NCBI GenBank assembly: GCA_020849425.1
Contig: JADLGH010000007.1
Coordinates: 2,732-66,731, forward strand
From: Candidatus Dadabacteria bacterium
Lineage (GTDB): Bacteria; Desulfobacterota_D; UBA1144; Nemesobacterales; UBA2774
DNA length: 64,000 bases
Direction of reading: 5' to 3'
The notes under the pieces were generated by a model. The model had not been told where the DNA came from and made no database searches. It saw only the letters and a program-made list of their open reading frames with translations. A program made the translations under genes and the position numbers. Positions 57,802 to 64,000 of the stretch are shown here, piece by piece; positions within the stretch are counted from its first letter, which is position 1, and every line of letters starts with the position of its first letter.

Positions 57802-59310
57802 ATGTACGGAAGATTTGCAGGACTCGATATAGGAAAGAAGGAAGTAAGGATTGCCTTAATTAACAGAGGATTAAGAGAAGTCCAGCTCCTTCAGACCATA
57901 CGCGCCGAAATCGGCGACGACCCGACAGGGACGCAAGAGAACTCCTTAGGCAACGTATTCAGGGAATATTCCCTTCCGAGGGGTGACGTGGCCGTCTCTC
58001 TTACGGACGACCCGGTATCGGTAAGGGTGATGAAGTTCCCCTTTTCGGATCCGAAGAAGATAGACCAGGTCTACGAGTTCGAGCTCGAAAATATCTCGAC
58101 GTTCGAGCCCCAGGAAAAGATACACACGTACCATTTTATAAAGAACGCCACCGGCGGCGAGGCCCTTGTCTGCGTCTTCGAAAAAGAGGACGTGGAAGGT
58201 ATCCTCGCGCGCCTTAACGAAGAAGGAATAGACCCCAAGATTCTAACCTACACGCCCGCGGCCTTCGGATCGCTGGCGGATATAGTCGAAGGGCAGAGGC
58301 CGCTCGTACTGGTCGATATCGGCGAGCGGGAAATGAGCTTTACGCTCTTCGGGGATTCGGGGTTCAAGCGCGGAAGGTCCTCGGCGAGGGCGATTGCGCT
58401 CTTTATGGAGAACCTGGGCGCGTCGGGCGGCGGGGGCGAAGAAGACAGGTTCGGATTTTCGAAGGGAAAACCGGAGCACGCAGAAAGCGCTCACATGAAA
58501 GAGGCCCTTTCGCCGATCGTAAGCGAGATTAGAAAGACCGTTCAGTTCTTCGAAAACGAGACTAAGGACAAGGTGAAGACGATACTCGTTTCGGGCTCGA
58601 TGTCGCGTATACAGGGGCTCACCGAGCTCTTGAAAAAAGAGATCGGAAGGGACGTGAAGAAGCTCTTCATCCCGGACCTCGGCGTCGATAACTCGCCCCT
58701 TTACGCCAAGGCCTACGCGCTTGCGCTTTACGGCGGCTCTTACAGGGGGGGCTATCTCAATTTCAGAAAAGACCAGTTTAAGTACCAGGGTGCGGACCGC
58801 GAGCTCCGTAAGGTGTTCATGGTCCCGGCCGTCCTGTTCGTTGTGCTCGTGGCCCTGCTCTTGTATAGCATGACGTCCAGGTATTTCGAGCTCAAGGATC
58901 AGGTAGGCGTGCTCGAGGCCCAGGTGGCGCGAGAGGTGAAGGAGACCTTCCCCGACGTTCAGACGATCCCGCGCCCCGCGGAGTATATGCAGTCCGAGGT
59001 CGCGAAGGTGAGGGAAAGGCTCAGCATGATAGAGGGCGTCGAGGGGGCGAGCACCCCGCTCGAAATCCTGAGAAGTCTTTCGAGCAGTCTCCCGCCCGGA
59101 ATGAGTCTCAGGGTGAACGACATAAAGATCGAAGGAAGTAACGGCGTAAAGGTGCAGGGGCTCTGCGATTCGTATCAGGAAGTGGCCGAGATAGAGGAGG
59201 CCCTCTCCAAGTCGGGCAGGTTCGAATCCGTAATCAGGAATCAGACGGGTAACGCCGTCGACGGAAAGACGAAATTCGAGATATCCCTGGTGCTGAAGCG
59301 CGAGACATAG
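57802..59310 (+). CDS. Type II secretion GspL-like protein (PilM-like actin fold + PilN-like domain)
   Basis: GLDIG, VDIG, LNFRK, single TM, periplasmic ferredoxin-like domain. Confidence 0.75.
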   Translation: MYGRFAGLDIGKKEVRIALINRGLREVQLLQTIRAEIGDDPTGTQENSLGNVFREYSLPRGDVAVSLTDDPVSVRVMKFPFSDPKKIDQVYEFELENISTFEPQEKIHTYHFIKNATGGEALVCVFEKEDVEGILARLNEEGIDPKILTYTPAAFGSLADIVEGQRPLVLVDIGEREMSFTLFGDSGFKRGRSSARAIALFMENLGASGGGGEEDRFGFSKGKPEHAESAHMKEALSPIVSEIRKTVQFFENETKDKVKTILVSGSMSRIQGLTELLKKEIGRDVKKLFIPDLGVDNSPLYAKAYALALYGGSYRGGYLNFRKDQFKYQGADRELRKVFMVPAVLFVVLVALLLYSMTSRYFELKDQVGVLEAQVAREVKETFPDVQTIPRPAEYMQSEVAKVRERLSMIEGVEGASTPLEILRSLSSSLPPGMSLRVNDIKIEGSNGVKVQGLCDSYQEVAEIEEALSKSGRFESVIRNQTGNAVDGKTKFEISLVLKRET

Positions 59311-59312
59311 AC

Positions 59313-59912
59313 ATGGAATTAGGCTCTTTAACCGAGAATATAAACAAGGCGGTGAGGTCCGCCCGCGAAAGACTGGCGCAGATTTCATCGACGGAGCGCG
59401 ACAGGAGGGCTGTAATAATAGGCGCCGCCGGGCTCTGTCTCCTCATTCTTTATATAATATTTCATTCGATTTCCTCGGGTACGGACAGGCTCGAGAAAAG
59501 GGTCGCCCAGCTCGAAACGGAGCTCGGGAAGATACAGGAGCTAAAAACAGAATACGAAGATTCACAGAAAAAAATCGCGGTTCTTTCCAGCAAGATAAGG
59601 GAAGAAAACGAGCCGCTCATATCGATAGTCGAGCAGATACTCCTTTCGGAAAATCTCGACAGAAAGAACTTCTCGATAAGGGACGTTAACCTCCGGACCT
59701 CGGACTCGGAAGATTTTTACGAGGAGAGGAGCATAGACGTCGAGCTCAAGAACATCTCGCTCAAGGACTTTGTGGACGTGCTGTACAAGATTCAGAATGC
59801 GCCGTCCTTTCTCAAGGTGTCGAACCTTAACCTGAGCACGAGATTCGACAGATCCGATTCCCTTACCGTCAAGCTCCGGGTCTCCACGTTCCGGTTTAAA
59901 GAGGTAACCTGA
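59313..59912 (+). CDS. Type II secretion GspM-like protein
   Basis: S.ER.R-TM-coiled coil; operon position. Confidence 0.65.
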   Translation: MELGSLTENINKAVRSARERLAQISSTERDRRAVIIGAAGLCLLILYIIFHSISSGTDRLEKRVAQLETELGKIQELKTEYEDSQKKIAVLSSKIREENEPLISIVEQILLSENLDRKNFSIRDVNLRTSDSEDFYEERSIDVELKNISLKDFVDVLYKIQNAPSFLKVSNLNLSTRFDRSDSLTVKLRVSTFRFKEVT

Positions 59913-59913
59913 A

Positions 59914-60810
59914 ATGAAAGAGAAAATAAAAAAATATAAACACATAAAGCCCGTATCGTATACGCTCTTCTTCCTGGTCGTATTCACGCTGTTTTTATTC
60001 ATGACCTTTCCGGGCGACGTAATAAAGAAGCGCATAATCGCCGAGATAGAAAGCAATACTCCGTATAAGGCCGACATCCAGAACGTAAGGGTCTCGCCTC
60101 TTTTGAAGATAAACATGGAGGGGGTAAAGCTCTCGAGGGCGAACTCTGTTTTCCTCGAGCTCGAAAACCTCGATCTCAGCCCTTCGCCGCTTTCGGTTTT
60201 CTCCGATAACCCCAAAGTACCGTTCACGGCGAAGCTCTGGGGCGGCGAGATAAGCGGAAGCATCCGGATCAATAAAACGACCGGCCGCGTAAGCGAGCTC
60301 GACGCGACGCTCGAGAGCGTGAGAATAAACTCCGTCCCGTCTCTTTTTTCCGAGGAGGCCGAAAAATCGCTCTCACTTGGCGGGGTGATAGACGGGGAGG
60401 TTAACCTCGTTATGATCCCCCCGGCGAGCGGGGATATACAGTTCGAAATAACGGGGCTCAAGCTCGAAAACATGAAGTTAAAGGGCATCACTCTCCCGAA
60501 CCTGACGGACCTCACGTCCATGTTCAAGGGCACCATCGAGGGCGACATGACCAGGATAGATCAGTTCAGGATCGCGGGCGCGGATATAGACCTCGACATA
60601 ACGGGCACGACGCCGCTTCCCTGGGAGATACAAAACGGCGGGGTAATAGATATCGGCTACAGCCTTCAGATGAAGGGCGGACCGATGGCGAAGTACAAGG
60701 GCCTCCTCTCGCCCTACCTCGCGACGCAGAGGGACGGCAGCCTCGGCGGCAAGATACTCGGCACCGTCGCGAACCCGAGGTTCGAGCAGGGGTCCATAAC
60801 CAGATTCTGA
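59914..60810 (+). CDS. Type II secretion GspN-like protein
   Basis: N-terminal TM followed by TFP, beta-rich body, GTVANPR end. Confidence 0.7.
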   Translation: MKEKIKKYKHIKPVSYTLFFLVVFTLFLFMTFPGDVIKKRIIAEIESNTPYKADIQNVRVSPLLKINMEGVKLSRANSVFLELENLDLSPSPLSVFSDNPKVPFTAKLWGGEISGSIRINKTTGRVSELDATLESVRINSVPSLFSEEAEKSLSLGGVIDGEVNLVMIPPASGDIQFEITGLKLENMKLKGITLPNLTDLTSMFKGTIEGDMTRIDQFRIAGADIDLDITGTTPLPWEIQNGGVIDIGYSLQMKGGPMAKYKGLLSPYLATQRDGSLGGKILGTVANPRFEQGSITRF

Positions 60811-60858
60811 TACACGCCCGGTCGGGGCTGCCGGCCGCTTCCGGAAAGTAGGGCGTCC

Positions 60859-61125
60859 ATGAACGAAAAAGAGCTTGAAAAAGGGCGTCTGGCCGAAGGA
60901 TTCTCCGGGATATTCGTCCACAGGGACGGCCCGGGCGCCGGCTATCCCGACCATACGCACGGCGGCGTTACGGCCCACATAGTTCTCGAAGGCGAGATAA
61001 CGATAACGAGTGAGGGCTTAACAGTCACCTACGGCCCCGGGGAGAGGTTCGACGTTCCCGCCGGCGCCGTCCATTCGGCCGTCACAGGCGGCTCGGGCTG
61101 CCGCTACATGATAGGGGAGAAGTAG
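60859..61125 (+). CDS. Small cupin domain protein
   Basis: YPDHTH..HIVLEGE..G.RFDVPAGAVHSA. Confidence 0.85.
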   Translation: MNEKELEKGRLAEGFSGIFVHRDGPGAGYPDHTHGGVTAHIVLEGEITITSEGLTVTYGPGERFDVPAGAVHSAVTGGSGCRYMIGEK

Positions 61126-61203
61126 CGCGCCGGCCCGGCCTTCATACACCCTCCCGCTTACGCTGATTCACTGTTTCTGCATATATCCCCGGGTTCTCTG
61201 TAT

Positions 61204-61563
61204 GGCGGATTCATATTTGAAGTGCGGCGGACCGGAGAATGAGTAGAGTACTTCAGCCGGGGTTCTAAAGCCGGGACATTTTCCTATTCCCGGGCACCGC
61301 CCGCCGCATCAGTCGTGAAACCCGCCGCCGCGCTACCGGGCCTGATCGTCTGCGTAGGCGGGCAGCTCCGCCGGCCGTTCCTTCTTGCTTCCACGATATC
61401 GCCCCGGCCGCGCGATCCATACTTGCTGCAATTTGCCGGACCGTTTTACCGCTTTCTCGCATACGGGCAATCGTGCAGCGATCCTCCGGCGAGAGTTGCT
61501 CGTATCTTCTTCCCATAGTGACAACACCTTGGCGCGGTGTTGCGCTTCGTTTGTGAACTTAAC
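61204..61563 (-). mobile_element. Internally deleted IS30-family element (about 360 bp)
   Basis: N-terminal HTH (YEQLSPEDRCTI...RQIA) joined to C-terminal KCPGFRTPAEV; both ends carry TTCA-N5-GAAG(C/T)GC inverted repeats. Confidence 0.75.
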
Positions 61564-61637
61564 GATTCGGTACTTCGCGCCCGATGCTTCCTTCACGAGG
61601 CTCCTTTGTGCTATTCTTTTCCGAGGAGGTGACCGTT

Positions 61638-62153
61638 ATGCGAATAAGGGCTTTGATTACGGGCGTTTCGCTCGTCGCCGTTCTGTGCCTCGTCTGGGCT
61701 CTCCCGCTCGTCGCCGAAAAGAATGCCGAGCCGGAGCAGGAGATGAAGATTAAGGGGCTCGGATTCGACCAGCTTGCGCAGACGCCGGTCGTCCTTTTGG
61801 GGAACGAGAAAGAGACCCTGCTCCCTATATGGATAGGCCTCTGCGAGGCGAGGTCCATTGAAATCGGTCTGTCCGGAATCGTCCCTCCGCGCCCCCTTAC
61901 GTACGACATGGTGGCGGCGATGGTGAGGACGATGAACGCCGAGGTCAGGAGGGTCGTAATCACCGACGTGAGGGACCGGGTCTTTTACGCGCAGGTGGAG
62001 ATGTCGGTCGGAGGGAAGGTGTCGCGGATAGACACGCGCCCGAGCGACGCCATCGCTCTCGCCGCCCGTATGGAATCCCCGATATTCGTCAGAAACGCGG
62101 TCATCGAGAAGGCCGCGCTGCTGGATTCGGACGTCGTCAGGGAGGAGCTCTAG
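61638..62153 (+). CDS. Bifunctional nuclease family (DUF151) protein with N-terminal signal/TM
   Basis: LPIWIG..EA, RPLTYD, DTRPSDAIALA; RBS GAGGAGG. Confidence 0.88.
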   Translation: MRIRALITGVSLVAVLCLVWALPLVAEKNAEPEQEMKIKGLGFDQLAQTPVVLLGNEKETLLPIWIGLCEARSIEIGLSGIVPPRPLTYDMVAAMVRTMNAEVRRVVITDVRDRVFYAQVEMSVGGKVSRIDTRPSDAIALAARMESPIFVRNAVIEKAALLDSDVVREEL

Positions 62154-62275
62154 GTGGTTTCCGCCATGTATGCGGCGCCCCGCCGGCACTACCTGCTCCG
62201 TACGCCCGGGGGGCTTATTGACATATATTTTTACTGTCGCTATCATTCTCATCAAACTGCATTAACCGATCGATA

Positions 62276-63364
62276 ATGGGCTCCTCTGAAGATCTCCGGA
62301 AATTAAGAAAAAAGATAGACGATCTCGACGCCGAAATACTCGCGCTCCTGAACAGGCGCGCCGAGGTCGCCATCGGAATAAGGGAGCATAAGAAGGAGAA
62401 CTTCGTTTGTGTTTACGACCCCAAAAGGGAAAAAGAGATTGAAAAGAAGCTGAGGCGGCTGAATGCGGGGCCCCTTCCGGACGATTCCGTCCTCAGCGTG
62501 TACAGGGAAATAATCTCGGCGTGCCGGGCGCTTCAGTATCCGCTCAGGGTTTCGTACCTGGGCCCGGAGGGGAGCTTCACGCACCAGGCCGCTTACAACG
62601 AATTCGGCGGCTCGTCAGAGCTCGTCCCCGCCGGGAGCTTCGACGAGATATTCGACGAGGTCGAAACCGGCCGGGCGTCCGTGGGCGTCGTACCCGTGGA
62701 GAATTCGAACGAAGGCTCCGTAGGCACCGTGCTAGACCTCCTCTCGGCTTCGAGTCTCACCGTTTCGGCCGAGCTGTTCGAGAAGATAAATCACTTTCTT
62801 CTTTCCAGGTCCGACAGGCTGAGCGGCGTCAGGGTGGTCGCGTCGCATCCGCAGGCGCTGGCCCAGTCGAAGAAGTGGATAAATAAAAAACTGCCCGGCG
62901 CGAAGATAAGGGAAACGTCGAGCACGGCCGAAGCGGCAAGGCTCGCTTCGCGGAGTAAAGATATAGGGGCAGTCGCCGGGCTCCATTCGGCTTCCATCTA
63001 CAGGCTGAACGTGCTCGGAAAGAATATCGCCAACAGTAAACGCAACACCACCAGGTTTTTCGTAATCGGCCGCCAGATGAGCCCGCCCTCGGGGGACGAC
63101 AGGACGTCCATCGTTTTTTCCCTGAAAGATAAGCCCGGCGAGCTCCAGAAGGTTTTCTTCCAGCCCTTCGCCGAGGCCGGCGTAAACCTTACCAAGATAG
63201 AATCGCGGCCCTCGAAGGAAAATCCCTGGGAATACCTCTTCTTTGTCGACTTCAAGGGGCACCGTGATGAAAAGCCTATCGAAAAGCTCCTGGCGAAGCT
63301 CACGGTCAACAGCATTTACCTTAGGGTTCTCGGCTCCTATCCGGTCAGCGACCCGGGAAGGTAG
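62276..63364 (+). CDS. pheA: Chorismate mutase/prephenate dehydratase
   Basis: LRKKID..LN.RA, YLGPEGSF, PVENS, NTTRF, KIESRP, LGSYP. Confidence 0.96.
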   Translation: MGSSEDLRKLRKKIDDLDAEILALLNRRAEVAIGIREHKKENFVCVYDPKREKEIEKKLRRLNAGPLPDDSVLSVYREIISACRALQYPLRVSYLGPEGSFTHQAAYNEFGGSSELVPAGSFDEIFDEVETGRASVGVVPVENSNEGSVGTVLDLLSASSLTVSAELFEKINHFLLSRSDRLSGVRVVASHPQALAQSKKWINKKLPGAKIRETSSTAEAARLASRSKDIGAVAGLHSASIYRLNVLGKNIANSKRNTTRFFVIGRQMSPPSGDDRTSIVFSLKDKPGELQKVFFQPFAEAGVNLTKIESRPSKENPWEYLFFVDFKGHRDEKPIEKLLAKLTVNSIYLRVLGSYPVSDPGR

Positions 63365-63450
63365 CGCTTCCCGCCCACTTGCCGCTATCCGTTTTTCCGG
63401 AATATCTTCGGGCCGATCCGTGGCCGGACAACCCGCGGGATTCTTCGGAT

Positions 63451-64000
63451 TTATACCTTGTCGTGATCACTCGGGACGAGGTCGTCGGGAGATATCCGGT
63501 AGCTATAGGGAAGGTTTATGCTGAACTTGCTTCCTGCGCCTTCTTCGCTCTGAACGTCGATTTTTCCGCCGTGCATCAATACGATGTGTTTTACGATACT
63601 GAGGCCGAGACCTGTACCCCCGAGATTGCGGGACCGCGTCTTGTCCACCCTGTAAAATCTCTCGAATATTCTCGGAAGATGCTCCTTCGGTATCCCTATC
63701 CCGTTATCCTCTATTTCCGTCAGCACGGCGCCGTCCGAAGACGATATTCTGATGTCTATCTTGCCACCCTCCGGCGTGTACTTGACCGCGTTGTCTATGA
63801 GATTTATGAACATCTGCTCGAGGAGAAACCTGCTCGCTTTTATACGGCTGGAGTCTTTGTCCATGCTGAGCGATACTTCGAGACCCTTTTCGGCGGCCGT
63901 CGACCTGAGCGCTTCGAGCGAGGATTTTATCACTTCGTTTACGTTGATCTCCTCGACGTCGGCATCGACCGCGTCTCCGAAGGCGGTGTCCCTGCTCTCG
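63451..64000 (-). CDS. Sensor histidine kinase (PhoR-like), C-terminal part only
   Basis: NLIDNAVKY, DNGIGI, FERFYRVDK.RSR, GGTGLGLSIVKH. Confidence 0.9.
   Translation of the reverse strand, partial: ESRDTAFGDAVDADVEEINVNEVIKSSLEALRSTAAEKGLEVSLSMDKDSSRIKASRFLLEQMFINLIDNAVKYTPEGGKIDIRISSSDGAVLTEIEDNGIGIPKEHLPRIFERFYRVDKTRSRNLGGTGLGLSIVKHIVLMHGGKIDVQSEEGAGSKFSINLPYSYRISPDDLVPSDHDKV

Noticed and set aside
1..64000. CRISPR array, rRNA or prophage structural genes
   Set aside because: No regularly spaced repeats, rRNA-like stretches or phage structural ORFs seen

Overview
A 64-kb GC-rich bacterial chromosomal segment containing the replication origin (dnaA-oriC-dnaN) and housekeeping genes (hisBH, thiL, queF, ybeY, pheA, comF, comM, gspL/M/N-like). 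A diderm, deltaproteobacteria-like lineage such as Ca. Dadabacteria is plausible, but that is an inference from gene style only. Several accessory modules stand out. (1) A ~5-kb integrative element at tRNA-Gln(CTG), bounded by a 12-bp direct repeat, with a decayed recombinase whose C-terminal tail sits at the opposite end. It carries a CuA/heme-copper oxidase with Asn in place of the cross-linking Tyr (sNOR-type NO reductase) plus SCO, Rrf2 and hemerythrin genes. (2) An AT-rich bacterial ubiquitination-like operon (3x-ubiquitin protein, E2, fused JAB-E1) divergent from an XRE + ImmA/IrrE (CapH/CapP-like) pair; its Ubl ends in -DDNS rather than Gly. (3) A two-locus sigma54 regulon: paralogous GAF-PAS-AAA+ activators, a shared enhancer motif, and targets comprising a small secreted protein, two methyltransferases and an OsmC-like protein lacking the second catalytic Cys. 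(4) A persulfide-detox operon, a Fur-boxed imelysin/di-heme/beta-barrel iron cluster, a fluoroacetate-dehalogenase-like gene, two genes broken by single in-frame TAG codons, and an internally deleted IS30. All functional calls rest on motifs read by eye; no searches were run.
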